The notes: generated by a model not told the origin, from the letters alone. DNA of 64,000 nt from Methanomassiliicoccaceae archaeon UBA328 (GCA_002506905.1 DAYM01000004.1:16147-80146); one strand, 5' to 3'. Shown: positions 10,962-21,100, counted from the stretch's first letter. A program made the numbers and translations.

Positions 10962-12854
10962 ATGTCAAGAATAATCGGAATCGATCTCGGAACAAGCAAC
11001 TCGGCCGCCTCCGTTATGGAAGGCGGAAGGCCGACCATGATCCCTTCGGCAGAGGGAACAAGCGTAGGAGGGAAATCATTCCCGTCCTATGTCGCATTCA
11101 CAAAGGACGGACAGCTTCTTGTCGGTGAGCCGGCAAGGAGGCAGGCGGTGACAAACCCCGACGGAACCATCAAGAACGTAAAAAGGAAGATGGGTTCCAA
11201 CGAGAAGGTCACGGCACTCGGAAAAGAGTACACGCCTCAGCAGATCTCTGCCTTCATCCTTCAGAAGATTAAGAAAGATGCAGAATCATACCTCGGTGAG
11301 ACCGTCGACAAAGCGGTCATCACGGTACCTGCATACTTCAACGACAACCAGAGGCAGGCTACGAAAGATGCAGGTGCGATCGCCGGATTGGATGTCGTAC
11401 GTATCATCAACGAGCCTACCGCAGCGGCACTCGCATACGGTCTGGACAAGACCGACAAAGAACAGAAGATCATGGTGTTCGACCTCGGAGGAGGAACCCT
11501 CGATGTCACTATCATGGACTTCAGTGACGGTGTGTTCGAGGTCATCTCGACATCCGGAGATACCCAGCTCGGAGGATCCGATATGGATGAGGCACTCACG
11601 CAGTACGTCCTCAAACAGTTCCAGAACGAGACGGGTATTGATCTATCGAAGGACAACATGGCCTTCTGGAGAGTCAGGGAAGCATGCGAGAAAGCAAAGA
11701 TCGAGCTGTCTACAACCATGCAGACCGAGATCAACCTGCCTTTCATCACCGCAGATGCATCCGGACCCAAACACCTGGTGCAGACCATCACCCGTTCGAA
11801 GCTCGAAGAGCTCGTCGAACCCATCGTCGCAAGATGCAAGAAATCCATCGAGCAGGCAATGAACGATGCGCACTACACCAACGACAACATCGACAAGATC
11901 ATCATGGTCGGAGGACCTACAAGGATGCCTATCGTCCAGAACTTCGTCGAGAGCATCGTCGGACCCAAGATCCAGCGCGGAATCGACCCTATGGAGTGTG
12001 TCTCCATGGGAGCGGCGATCCAGGGAGCGGTCCTGTCCGGAGAGGTCAAGGACGTGCTTCTGCTGGATGTCACGCCTCTGTCACTCGGTATCGAGACCCT
12101 CGGAGGAGTCGCAACCACTCTGATCGAGAGGAACACCACCATCCCGACCAAGAAGAGCCAGGTGTTCTCAACAGCGGCCGATAACCAGCCCTCTGTCGAG
12201 ATCAATGTGGTCCAGGGTGAGAGGAAGATGGCGGCCGACAACACATCGCTCGGCAAGTTCATCCTCGACGGTATCATGCCCGCAAGGCGCGGTGTACCTC
12301 AGATCGAGGTCACATTCGATATCGACGCCAACGGTATCATCAACGTATCCGCAAAGGACAAAGGCACCGGAAAGGAACAGAAGATCACCATCGCATCGTC
12401 CAACAAGCTCAGCAAAGACGAGATCGACGACCTTGTCAAGCAGGCAGAGCAGTACTCCGAAGCAGACAAGAAGAAGGTCGAGAACATCGAGGTCAGGAAC
12501 CAGGCCGATACCCTTGTGGCAACGACCCGTAAGACCATGGAAGAGCTCGGCGAGAAGGCGACCCAGGAAGAGAGGACCAACGTCGAGGACGCGGTCAAGG
12601 ACCTGGAAGCCGTCAAGGACAGCGACGATACCGCCGCTATCAAGACCAAGATCGACGCACTCATGAAGGTCATGGGCCCCATGAGCGAGAGGATCTACCA
12701 GCAGTCCGGTGCGCAGCAGCAGGCAGGTGCCGAACAGGCACAGCAGAGCGCGGGCGCCCAGCAGCAACAGTCCTCACAGGGCGAATCGAAGAAGACCGGC
12801 GGCAAGGACGACGGCTTCGTCGACGCAGACTATAAGATAGTCGATGACGAGTAA
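10962..12854 (+). CDS. dnaK: Hsp70 chaperone DnaK
   Basis: 630 aa. Contains [28 protein letters not shown] and a Q-rich C-terminal tail. Confidence 0.97.
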   Translation: MSRIIGIDLGTSNSAASVMEGGRPTMIPSAEGTSVGGKSFPSYVAFTKDGQLLVGEPARRQAVTNPDGTIKNVKRKMGSNEKVTALGKEYTPQQISAFILQKIKKDAESYLGETVDKAVITVPAYFNDNQRQATKDAGAIAGLDVVRIINEPTAAALAYGLDKTDKEQKIMVFDLGGGTLDVTIMDFSDGVFEVISTSGDTQLGGSDMDEALTQYVLKQFQNETGIDLSKDNMAFWRVREACEKAKIELSTTMQTEINLPFITADASGPKHLVQTITRSKLEELVEPIVARCKKSIEQAMNDAHYTNDNIDKIIMVGGPTRMPIVQNFVESIVGPKIQRGIDPMECVSMGAAIQGAVLSGEVKDVLLLDVTPLSLGIETLGGVATTLIERNTTIPTKKSQVFSTAADNQPSVEINVVQGERKMAADNTSLGKFILDGIMPARRGVPQIEVTFDIDANGIINVSAKDKGTGKEQKITIASSNKLSKDEIDDLVKQAEQYSEADKKKVENIEVRNQADTLVATTRKTMEELGEKATQEERTNVEDAVKDLEAVKDSDDTAAIKTKIDALMKVMGPMSERIYQQSGAQQQAGAEQAQQSAGAQQQQSSQGESKKTGGKDDGFVDADYKIVDDE

Positions 12855-12865
12855 GGTTTGAGAAG

Positions 12866-14026
12866 ATGGCAGGAGAAGCGACAGACTACTACGAGATCCT
12901 CGGTGTTTCCAAGGATGCTACGCCGGACGAGATCAAATCCGCCTATCGTAAGATGGCGAAGAAGTATCATCCGGACGTATCCACAGAGCCCAAAGAGGTC
13001 GCGGAAGCCAAGTTCAAGGAGATATCCGAGGCATACGAGGTCCTTTCAGACGCCGAGAAGCGTAAGATGTACGACCAGTACGGAAAGGCCGGTGTCGAGG
13101 GTCAGTTCTCCAACGGCGGCTTCTCCTGGGACGATTTCACTCACGCGGACGATATCAGCGATATCTTCGGCGACCTCTTCGGAGGAATGTTCGGAGGAGG
13201 CGGCCGCAGCCGCGGCCAGAGGAGTTCCGCCCAGACTGGCGACTCCCTGCGCTACGACATAAGCGTGGAACTCATCGACGTGCTCAACGGAAAGGAGGTC
13301 GAGATCTCCGTCCCCCATGTTGTTTCATGCCAGGCATGCAACGGTACGGGAGGAAAGGGCGGAAAGACCGAGACCTGTCCAGACTGCGGAGGCCAGGGAC
13401 GTGTCCAGAGGATGCAGCGTACACCCTTCGGGAACATGGTCTCCGTATCCGACTGTCCCAAATGCCGCGGAACAGGAAGGACCTACTCCGAAAAGTGTCC
13501 CAAATGCCGCGGACAGGGCCGTTACAGCACGACCACCAAGATCGAGATCAAGATACCCAAGGGCATCGACGAGGGCTCCCGTATAAGGGTGCCCGGAGCG
13601 GGAGATGCAGGTTACAACGGCGGAAGTCCCGGTGACCTCTACGTGCTGGTGCACGTGAAGGACAACAAGCTCTTCCAGCGTGACGGTTCCAACCTTTGGA
13701 CCGAAGTGACCACAACATATCCCCGTCTGGTGCTCGGAGGCGTCGAGACGGTCAGGACCCTCGAGGGAGAGACCATCGAGCTCAAGATACCTGCGGGAAC
13801 GCAGGTGGGCGGAGTTCTGAGGATCCCCGAGAAGGGACTGCCCAAGATGAACTCGTCGCTGCGCGGATACCTCTACGTGAGAGTGCGCATGGACGTTCCC
13901 CAGAGGGTCACTGCGTACGAGAAGGAATTGCTCGAAAAGCTGGATGACAAGGCGGGAACCAAGAAGACGTCGTCTTCCGGCGGGGCCAAGAAATCCAAGC
14001 TCAGACAGAAGATCGAGAATATCTAA
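12866..14026 (+). CDS. dnaJ: Hsp40 co-chaperone DnaJ
   Basis: 386 aa. J domain with YHPD, a G/F-rich region and four CxxCxGxG zinc-finger repeats. Confidence 0.95.
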   Translation: MAGEATDYYEILGVSKDATPDEIKSAYRKMAKKYHPDVSTEPKEVAEAKFKEISEAYEVLSDAEKRKMYDQYGKAGVEGQFSNGGFSWDDFTHADDISDIFGDLFGGMFGGGGRSRGQRSSAQTGDSLRYDISVELIDVLNGKEVEISVPHVVSCQACNGTGGKGGKTETCPDCGGQGRVQRMQRTPFGNMVSVSDCPKCRGTGRTYSEKCPKCRGQGRYSTTTKIEIKIPKGIDEGSRIRVPGAGDAGYNGGSPGDLYVLVHVKDNKLFQRDGSNLWTEVTTTYPRLVLGGVETVRTLEGETIELKIPAGTQVGGVLRIPEKGLPKMNSSLRGYLYVRVRMDVPQRVTAYEKELLEKLDDKAGTKKTSSSGGAKKSKLRQKIENI

Positions 14027-14059
14027 ACCCTTTAAATCAAACCTATTTTCTTTTTTGTA

Positions 14060-15307
14060 TCACATCGGGTTGATTATGCGATCCAATAGATACATCGCAC
14101 CTTTTGCTCCGAATATCGGTGATGGTCTGAAATCAACATTTGCGACCGACGGGAATCTGATATCGATGCCTTTCCTGCAGTGTTTGGAAGCCTGTTCCAG
14201 CATGGCGGTGTTCCCATCGCATAAGATCATGTTAACGAATTCCGGAAGCTCTGCGTTGATGGTATTCTCAAGATCATGTTCTTTCAGGAATTCTCTGAGT
14301 ATCTCTTCGGACCTTCCGTACTTGCTATCGTACAGTCTTATCGATACAGGGACCATCGAGAGTGATTCGAACATCCATCTGGCGAGAGGATATGCCACAG
14401 ACGCATCTGTGTCTATCGCAAATGTGTCTCCTTTGAGATCTGCCCTCATGGCATTCATGCAGAAGAATGCTCTCTTGCGATACTTATCCACATGTGTCAG
14501 GGCTTTGTTTCCATTCATTCCGGTAATCTTCTCTATGAGTCTGATGAGTGCATCTGTGGCATCGAAACCGATCGGTGAATAACCGAGACTGATCTCCTTG
14601 ATACCGTATTCTTCGGTGTAGAGTTTCGAGGTCTCGTCGGCATATTCGGGGCATAGGACAAGATCATATTCGGCGTTGACCGATCTTTTCACCTCGTCGA
14701 TCGTGCACCCCGCTCCTAAAGTGCAGATGACCTTTAATCCCATCAGGGACAGGATCTCTGTGAACTCTTCGATAACGGTCGGCCAATCTTTTTGGAGTAC
14801 GCTCAGTCCAAGGATGTTGACTGTATTCTTCTCCATGATGTGATCGGAAGGTGCCAGCAGTCTGACCATATCGGCGAGCATATGGTCTATCCCGTAGCTG
14901 AGAGGTTCGGACATCATGGAGGCATCAAGGGATATTGCCCTGGAATCCAGTTTGTTCACGGATATCGCCTTGTTGCAATCATCGCCTATCAATGATGCTC
15001 CGGGAGAGCATACCACGGCGATGAATTCCGAATCGCCTCTTCCGACAAATTCCAATGCGGACTCGATCTTATCGTATGATCCGTAAATGTAATCGGTGGA
15101 TATGATCCCCGTACAGGGGATCCTGGAGGATCCGCGATAGAAAGGAACGCCGATGTTCATGTTCTCTTTCGGGCGGGGATAGCTTTTGCTTGAGAGTATG
15201 TTCAGGTTCTTACGGCAGCCGTCCGGTCCGTGAAGTATGACCTCTGCATCCTTTATTCCTTCTATGGCCATTATTGCGCCTACGAATCCGTCAGGTCTTG
15301 CATCCAT
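14060..15307 (-). CDS. Nitrogenase component-1-fold protein (NifD/K/E/N, BchN, NflD/CfbD-like)
   Basis: 415 aa. Contains ARPDGFVGAIMAIEGIKDAEVILHGPDGC, IPCTG and AVVCSPGASLIGDD, a three-Cys pattern as in BchN/NflD-type subunits. No NifH-like gene is in the window. Confidence 0.65.
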   Translation of the reverse strand: MDARPDGFVGAIMAIEGIKDAEVILHGPDGCRKNLNILSSKSYPRPKENMNIGVPFYRGSSRIPCTGIISTDYIYGSYDKIESALEFVGRGDSEFIAVVCSPGASLIGDDCNKAISVNKLDSRAISLDASMMSEPLSYGIDHMLADMVRLLAPSDHIMEKNTVNILGLSVLQKDWPTVIEEFTEILSLMGLKVICTLGAGCTIDEVKRSVNAEYDLVLCPEYADETSKLYTEEYGIKEISLGYSPIGFDATDALIRLIEKITGMNGNKALTHVDKYRKRAFFCMNAMRADLKGDTFAIDTDASVAYPLARWMFESLSMVPVSIRLYDSKYGRSEEILREFLKEHDLENTINAELPEFVNMILCDGNTAMLEQASKHCRKGIDIRFPSVANVDFRPSPIFGAKGAMYLLDRIINPM

Positions 15308-15853
15308 TCAATCACCCCAAGAGAGCCAGCCTTCCTTTTCATTCGCGATAAGGATGTTGCTCATATATTCCAGATAATAGATCGATGCCTTGTGGGATAT
15401 GCATTCCTGAGGTATGATGCACGTCTTGAAAGGCAATCCTCTTGTCAGCATACTGTGCCCAATCACAAGGTCAGGTACTTCGGATATTATCCTTCCTGAT
15501 ATCTCCCTGATGTCGTTCCCGATGCGGATATTCAATTGTTTGGAGAAACGGGAATAGAACGGACAGCAGTTCCTGCCCATGGTCATGATGTCAACGCTTA
15601 TGACCTCTGCACCCGCATCCAAGAGGGTCTCCAAGGCCCAGTCTATTTCCATCATATCCGTTGACAGTACAGCGATACGTTTTTCGGACAGTGCCTTTCT
15701 GTAGTATTCCAATGCGGTATTGTATTTCTCATTCACGGACCCTATGGCCGGAGCAGCAAGTTCTTCTTTACCAATCTTATTGCATACGGATTCGATCCAT
15801 TCGACCGTCTGGCTATGTCCTTTGGGCAAAGGTTCTTTGAAGATATCCTGCAT
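15308..15853 (-). CDS. Nitrogenase component-1-like protein, C-terminal-domain-sized only
   Basis: 181 aa. PLPKGHSQTVEWIESV..KRIAVLST..ALETLLDAGAEVISV..PDLVIGHS resembles domain III of NifK/N-like subunits. Its TGA is followed directly, and in frame, by the ATG of the 415-aa gene. Confidence 0.45.
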   Translation of the reverse strand: MQDIFKEPLPKGHSQTVEWIESVCNKIGKEELAAPAIGSVNEKYNTALEYYRKALSEKRIAVLSTDMMEIDWALETLLDAGAEVISVDIMTMGRNCCPFYSRFSKQLNIRIGNDIREISGRIISEVPDLVIGHSMLTRGLPFKTCIIPQECISHKASIYYLEYMSNILIANEKEGWLSWGD

Positions 15854-15932
15854 CAGCGGAGAATGGAAGCTGAATAAGGTTGATGAAGATCAGAGGGAGA
15901 TCTTCGATGGATTGAAAATAAGGCTTCCGTGA

Positions 15933-16538
15933 TCATGGCATCCATATCATTGCTTCCAGGTGACGTTCTGTCTTTTTTAGGTTCGGATTCGAACTGAGAA
16001 ATTCTGCGATGATCTGTCCTTCTTTTGAATCTATGGTCACGTTTGCGAGCCTGCAGCATGATTTTATAGCATGATCTTCAGAAAAGACGAAAGGCTCGTT
16101 TATATCAACAGATGTCCAAATCGATCTTCCGTGATCTAACAGATAATCTTTTGCATTGAAGATCTTGAAATTGGGTTCGATATCCAGTTTTTTCAGAACG
16201 GAATATCCGAAATCACTGTCTTTGCGGCTCGGACCAATGTACGCGCATATGCCGGAAGACAATTCTTCTAATTTTTTCATCCCCGGTTCCCCATACATGG
16301 GAGGGCACAGACATGACAAGGCAATGTCGAATTTCTTGCCGGCGTATGATATACAGTCCCTATTTACACATTCTATGTTGTCGATTTTCGATGACGAACA
16401 TGCAGCTCTTAGTTTGTCCAGCATTTCTTCGCAGGAATCTACAGCGGTTACGCTGTGGGCGATCTCCGATAATTTGATGGCATGTGTGCCGGGACCGCAT
16501 CCCAGATCCACCGCGGAGTCTACTGGCAGATCTATCAT
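15933..16538 (-). CDS. Class I SAM-dependent methyltransferase (5' end disrupted by an in-frame TGA)
   Basis: Motif I VDLGCGPG lies only 10 residues after the first Met. The frame stays open upstream (KDIAGRYPLNPNANRVTKTIGAIGR) to a TGA at 16614..16616, which is preceded in frame by ATG-AAC-GAA-AAC-ATA starting at 16631. Confidence 0.7.
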   Translation of the reverse strand: MIDLPVDSAVDLGCGPGTHAIKLSEIAHSVTAVDSCEEMLDKLRAACSSSKIDNIECVNRDCISYAGKKFDIALSCLCPPMYGEPGMKKLEELSSGICAYIGPSRKDSDFGYSVLKKLDIEPNFKIFNAKDYLLDHGRSIWTSVDINEPFVFSEDHAIKSCCRLANVTIDSKEGQIIAEFLSSNPNLKKTERHLEAMIWMP

Positions 16539-16627
16539 TCTGCCTATGGCCCCGATTGTTTTCGTGACGCGGTTCGCATTGGGATTTAAAGGATATCTGC
16601 CGGCTATATCCTTTCATATGTTTTCGT

Positions 16628-16862
16628 TCATTTCTTCTCGAATATGAGGATCTCTGACGTATCGTCATAGTCAAAGCGGTCCATCAGATACAATTTGTTC
16701 TCCATCATGCTACGGATATATTCTTTTCCGTCTTCATAACCATGATGGTGTTTCGCGTTTTTTCCGGAATATGCATTTTCATGCAGATCTACTTCCACAC
16801 AGTGATCGTAGTTCTTTCCGAATTTGTTTGCAATGAATGTTTTCCAACCTTCTCTGTCCTTT
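16628..16862 (-). pseudogene. Startless ORF remnant of unknown family
   Basis: 77 open codons (SKDREGWKTFIANKFGKNYDHCVEVDLHENAYSGKNAKHHHGYEDGKEYIRSMMENKLYLMDRFDYDDTSEILIFEKK) with no start near the 5' end. An out-of-frame ATG (MKDRKDHKC) lies just upstream. The stop overlaps the methyltransferase ATG at 16631 as ATGA. Confidence 0.3.
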
Positions 16863-16967
16863 GATCAATTAACATTTGTGATCTTTGCGGTCTTTCATTC
16901 GAACAGTTTGTCGTAGGTCCTTCTCTGGAGCATGAATGCAGGCAATTGTATTCAAATAAATTATTTT

Positions 16968-17004
16968 ATAATTTTTAAGCTGTTTTCCTGCAGAAAATTA
17001 CAAT
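16968..17004. repeat. 37-nt direct repeat, copy 1
   Basis: ATAATTTTTAAGCTGTTTTCCTGCAGAAAATTACAAT. It matches 18453..18489 at 36 of 37 positions. A shared CAAATAAA lies 8-15 nt upstream of both copies. Confidence 0.9.
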
Positions 17005-17016
17005 TTCTATGTTATT

Positions 17017-17220
17017 TTATCGGCTCTTCGGTGTGGTCTGCGCGCGAGGCATTATCATTTCTTCACATGCCACTTTCTGCGTGTTCAGCCGATTGTATTG
17101 CTGAAAGCAGAATAGGTTTCCCGGAAACTTTTCGGGAATGTTTTTTTTGCATACCTTTGCTTCAAAATTCATTCCTTCCGGAGCGAGGCATCTTCCTTCG
17201 GCGATCTCGATATCTTTCAT
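17017..17220 (-). CDS. Hypothetical small protein
   Basis: 67 codons from MKDIEIAEGRCLAPEGMNFEAKVCKK. No recognisable family. Confidence 0.2.
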   Translation of the reverse strand: MKDIEIAEGRCLAPEGMNFEAKVCKKNIPEKFPGNLFCFQQYNRLNTQKVACEEMIMPRAQTTPKSR

Positions 17221-17445
17221 TGTTCCAATAATTGTGTTGGTGAATACAAAAACCCGATTTTGAATATAATGATTGTATTTCTGAATATAATCGCGAGATG
17301 ATAGGAACAAACAGTTTTCGATCTCCGAAAATCTTCACAGGATCTCATCACGCGGATCCAAACACGGGCCCGTCGATGAATGAAAAGAAAGTCGGTCCGG
17401 GGAGCAGGCAGAATGTATTAATATCATCAAAGGGTACCACACCCG

Positions 17446-18363
17446 ATGATATCCAGTACGCTGATGTGGGTCATATTCGGCATAATAGTCGTTGTGCTCT
17501 TGGCCCTCGATCTCGGAGTTTTCAATCGCGGTTCAAAACACATTCCCGTGAAGAAAGCTCTGGAGATGACGGCGGTCTGGATAACGATCGCTCTTCTTTT
17601 TGCGGTTTTCATCTATTATGAGATGGGTGCGGAGAAGACCACGGAATATCTTGCGGCGTATGTCGTCGAGAAGGCGATGAGTGTCGATAACATCTTCGTT
17701 TTCATCGTGATCTTCTCATATTTCTCGATCCCGGACGAATATCAGCACGAAGCACTGTTCTACGGTGTGGTCGGAGCGATAGTATTCCGTGCGATATTCA
17801 TCTTCGTCGGAGCGGAATTGCTGAATACCTTCGATTTCGTGATGTACATCTTCGGAATAATATTACTGATAATGGCAATCAAGACGACCTTCGGCAAGAA
17901 GGATGACAGCAAGGAAAGTTTTGCCGTCAGATTAAGCCATCACATACGGTCGTCGCCGGAATTGGACGGTACCAAATTATTCACCGTGAGGAACGGCGTC
18001 AGAATGGCAACGCCTCTGTTCATATGCATCATCGTCATCGAACTTTCCGATATCATATTCGCATTCGATTCCATTCCGGCCTGTCTTTCGATATCGACGG
18101 ATATGTTCATCGTGTACACGTCCAACATCTTTGCTATCATGGGACTGAGGTCGCTGTATTTCGCGCTGAGAGGAATGATGGAGTCCCTGAAGTACATGAA
18201 ATACGGTCTCGGAGTGATCCTTGCATTCGTGGGAATAAAGATGCTGGTATCCGACTTCTACCACGTGTCCGTAGGAATGTCCCTGGCGTTCATCTTGGCA
18301 GTGCTGGCCATTACGATCCTTGCATCGTATCTGGTCAGGCCGAAGGCTACGGAGACATCCTGA
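17446..18363 (+). CDS. TerC/Alx family integral membrane protein
   Basis: 305 aa, polytopic. VVLLALDLGVFN and YVVEKAMSVDNIFVFIVIFSYFSIP are typical TerC-family motifs. Confidence 0.85.
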   Translation: MISSTLMWVIFGIIVVVLLALDLGVFNRGSKHIPVKKALEMTAVWITIALLFAVFIYYEMGAEKTTEYLAAYVVEKAMSVDNIFVFIVIFSYFSIPDEYQHEALFYGVVGAIVFRAIFIFVGAELLNTFDFVMYIFGIILLIMAIKTTFGKKDDSKESFAVRLSHHIRSSPELDGTKLFTVRNGVRMATPLFICIIVIELSDIIFAFDSIPACLSISTDMFIVYTSNIFAIMGLRSLYFALRGMMESLKYMKYGLGVILAFVGIKMLVSDFYHVSVGMSLAFILAVLAITILASYLVRPKATETS

Positions 18364-18452
18364 CCGGATGAATAGTATGCGCCGGCCGGTGACGCATTTC
18401 ATGCGGACCTTCGGAGCATGAATACAGCGCCCGTACCCAGACAAATAAAATT

Positions 18453-18489
18453 ACAATTTTTAAGCTGTTTTCCTGCAGAAAATTACAAT
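18453..18489. repeat. 37-nt direct repeat, copy 2
   Basis: ACAATTTTTAAGCTGTTTTCCTGCAGAAAATTACAAT. In this copy an 11-nt AAAATTACAAT flanks both sides of the core. Confidence 0.9.
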
Positions 18490-18534
18490 AATAAAGTTAA
18501 TTTCCGACGGCCTTCCGACCGCCGGTGTATTGTT

Positions 18535-19857
18535 TCAAAGGTCCGATGAGGGAAGAGTGCCGTTCAGATACTGTTCGTATCCGTACAGGTCGAGCAGTCC
18601 GTGTCCGGAGAGGTTGAACACGATGTTCTTCGCCTCGCCGGTCTTCTTGCACTCGAGTGCCTTGTCGATCGCGGCCTTCAGTGCGTGGCAGGATTCCGGT
18701 GCGGGTATGATGCCCTCGGTGCGTGCCATGAGTACTCCTGCTGCGAACGTCTCTGTCTGATCGTACGAGACGGCCTTCACGAATCCCTGGTCATATGCCG
18801 CGGAGACCAAAGGTGCCATTCCGTGGTACCTGAGTCCTCCAGCGTGGATGGACGGCGGGATGTAGCTCGAACCGAGGGTGTACATCATCAGGAGAGGCGT
18901 CATTCCCGCGGTGTCTCCGTAGTCGTACCTGAAGTCGCCTTCGGTGAGCGAAGGTGCCGCTTTGGGTTCTACGGCGATGATCTCGCAGTCTGATTTCTTT
19001 CCTCTGAGCCTGTCTCCGATGAACGGGAAGGTGAATCCTCCGAAGTTGGAGCCTCCTCCCACGCAGGCGATGAGACAATCGGGTTCGATCTCTCCGGCCT
19101 CCAGCTGTTTCTGGAGTTCGAGACCGATGACGGTCTGGTGGAGCATGACGTGGTTCATGACGCTTCCGAGCGCGTAGCATGTTCCGTCATCCTTCGTTGC
19201 CATCTCGCATGCTTCGCTGATCGCTATTCCGAGGGATCCGGATGTGTCCGGGTGCTCTTTGAGTACCTTCTTTCCGAATTCGGTGTACTCGCTGGGCGAA
19301 GCGTATACCGTTCCGCCGTAGGTGTTGATGATTGTCGTCCTCAGGGGCTTTGCTTCGAAACTGCCCTTGACCATGAATATGGTGGATTTGATATCATAGA
19401 GGTTGGAGACCATTGCGAGGGCGGTTCCCCACTGTCCCGCACCGGTCTCGGTGGTGAGTGTGTGGATACCTGCCTCTGCGTTGTAATACGCCTGTGCCAG
19501 CGCGGTGTTTCCCTTGTGGCTTCCGAGCGGCGAGAGGTCCTCTCTTTTGAAGTAGATCCTGGCGGGCGTCTTGAGATATTTCTCGAGGCGGAATGCCCTT
19601 TGGAGAGGCGACGGGCGGTTGAGTGCTATGAGTCCGTCCCTGACCTCTTCGGGAATGTCTATGTATCTTTCTGTGGACGCTTCCTGCTGGATGATCGTCT
19701 TGCAGAAGATCGGTGCGAAGTCTTCTGGCTTCGCGGGTTCTTTTGTCACCGGGTTTAGCGGGGGCTGGAGTTTGGGGATATCTGCGGCCAGGTTGTACCA
19801 GCGTTTGGGGATATCTTCGATGTCCAGACTGATTCTTGCGTTCTCTGGGAATGCCAT
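18535..19857 (-). CDS. trpB: TrpB2-type tryptophan synthase beta-like PLP enzyme
   Basis: 440 aa. Long N-terminal extension ([13 protein letters not shown]), [16 protein letters not shown] containing the PLP lysine, and VGGGSNFGG. Confidence 0.85.
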   Translation of the reverse strand: MAFPENARISLDIEDIPKRWYNLAADIPKLQPPLNPVTKEPAKPEDFAPIFCKTIIQQEASTERYIDIPEEVRDGLIALNRPSPLQRAFRLEKYLKTPARIYFKREDLSPLGSHKGNTALAQAYYNAEAGIHTLTTETGAGQWGTALAMVSNLYDIKSTIFMVKGSFEAKPLRTTIINTYGGTVYASPSEYTEFGKKVLKEHPDTSGSLGIAISEACEMATKDDGTCYALGSVMNHVMLHQTVIGLELQKQLEAGEIEPDCLIACVGGGSNFGGFTFPFIGDRLRGKKSDCEIIAVEPKAAPSLTEGDFRYDYGDTAGMTPLLMMYTLGSSYIPPSIHAGGLRYHGMAPLVSAAYDQGFVKAVSYDQTETFAAGVLMARTEGIIPAPESCHALKAAIDKALECKKTGEAKNIVFNLSGHGLLDLYGYEQYLNGTLPSSDL

Positions 19858-19897
19858 GATAATAGAGATTTATGGTCCATATATAATATTTGTTACA

Positions 19898-19921
19898 TTG
19901 ATGTATATTTTTATACATCAA
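19898..19921. promoter_or_regulatory. Perfect 10-4-10 palindrome in the trpB2/flavodoxin divergent intergenic region
   Basis: TTGATGTATA-TTTT-TATACATCAA. It lies 41 nt from the trpB2 start and 83 nt from the flavodoxin start. Confidence 0.35.
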
Positions 19922-20003
19922 ATCCTTTTGACAAAAGATAATAATTTAGGCATCCCGAAAAGTATATATTGTGATTTAGGTATTCTTAAAATAAGGTATT
20001 GGA

Positions 20004-20426
20004 ATGGCAAAGATAGCTGTTGTTTATTGGTCAGAGACAGGGAACACCGAGCAGATGGCCGAGGGCGTTGCGGAAGGGATAAGGTCCGCCGGCTCCGAGG
20101 TCGCTCTCGTACCCGCGGCGGATTTCGATCCTGCCACCTGCGGGAATTATGATGCAATCGCTTTCGGCTGCCCCGCTATGGGCACCGAGGTGCTCGAGGA
20201 GGATGTCTTCGAACCCATGTACGAGAGGGCCGAGCCCTATCTGTCTGGGAAGAAGATAGCATTGTTCGGCTCCTATGATTGGGGAGACGGAGGATGGATG
20301 AGGGAGTGGGTCGACCGCGCCGAAGGCGTCGGAGCGAACGTCGTGAGCAATCTGATAGTGAATCTCACTCCCGGGGAGGCCGAGTTGAACGAGTGCAGGG
20401 AGGTAGGTAAAAAGCTGGCAGGATGA
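20004..20426 (+). CDS. Short-chain flavodoxin
   Basis: 140 aa. Contains MAKIAVVYWSETGNTEQMA and ALFGSYDWGDGGWM. Confidence 0.85.
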   Translation: MAKIAVVYWSETGNTEQMAEGVAEGIRSAGSEVALVPAADFDPATCGNYDAIAFGCPAMGTEVLEEDVFEPMYERAEPYLSGKKIALFGSYDWGDGGWMREWVDRAEGVGANVVSNLIVNLTPGEAELNECREVGKKLAG

Positions 20427-20667
20427 ACACGCGTATGATCGCCATGGGCGGCAGAGTGTATTCTGCCGTCCGGCGGGGTACCGGCCGTCTCAGCAAGGCC
20501 GGACCCCGTATTTTCCGCATAGATTGCTCTATAGTTCGCTTAAGATCTGATAACAGGGCCTCTAAGGTTCGAGGTCGTTGCCTCATTTGCTAATATATCT
20601 TGAAAAGCATCCTTTCGTTCCTTACAATGTGTGAAAAAGTTGCAATCGAATGTAATTATTTTCAACA

Positions 20668-21024
20668 TTGCATTACAAGAAATTCAAATATCTATGTTCG
20701 GGAATCCCGAGAGGACCTGATTTTCGATCAGTTGATGTGGGTGCAGTTTCCATACGTACAACGAATGGAAAAGCCCCGGAATTCACTCAATTGGAGATAG
20801 ATTTCGTTGTGAACAAAGGGAACGAGTGCATCTACATCCAATCCGCTTATTCCGTTCCCGACGCAGAGAAGCACGATCAGGAGATAAGGCCCTTCCTGAA
20901 GGTCGGAGATTCTTTCCGGAAGATCATCGTAGTGAACGGAGATGAAAAGCCCTGGGTCGACGACAACGGCATAGTGGCTGTCGGTGTCAGAAGATCTCTT
21001 CTGGATGAATCGCTGATCGGGTGA
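20668..21024 (+). pseudogene. C-terminal fragment of an AAA_14/DUF4143-type ATPase
   Basis: Only the tail is present (LEIDFVVNKGNECIYIQSAYSVPDAEKHDQEIRPFLKVGDSFRKIIVV). There is no Walker A region upstream. Confidence 0.6.
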
Positions 21025-21058
21025 ATTCGGACGGTCGTATGCGGTAGAACATGAGATG

Positions 21059-21100
21059 GTAATCCAAATTTATTGCAATAATGCAGTAAATTTGGATTAC
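21059..21100. repeat. 14-bp perfect inverted repeat (strong hairpin) between convergent genes
   Basis: GTAATCCAAATTTA-ttgcaataatgcag-TAAATTTGGATTAC. The loop can pair further (TGCA/TGCA). Confidence 0.8.

Noticed and set aside
15308-15310. In-frame TGA between the two nitrogenase-like ORFs, read as a disrupted single fusion gene
   Set aside because: An ATG follows the TGA immediately, and the downstream protein starts where NifD/K-like proteins normally start. Two adjacent cistrons are equally plausible. I kept it as a note, not as a pseudogene call.
17399-17407. GGGGAGCAG upstream of the TerC gene, resembling the GGGGAGUAG loop of the yybP-ykoY manganese riboswitch that controls TerC-family genes in bacteria
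   Set aside because: It lies only about 40 nt before the start codon, too little room for the roughly 100-nt four-helix element. I could not find the second conserved loop or the pairing helices. An Infernal scan with RF00080 would settle it.
16968-18489. The 37-nt repeat as a possible CRISPR remnant
   Set aside because: There are only two copies, 1.45 kb apart, with genes between them. There is no regular spacing and no cas genes.
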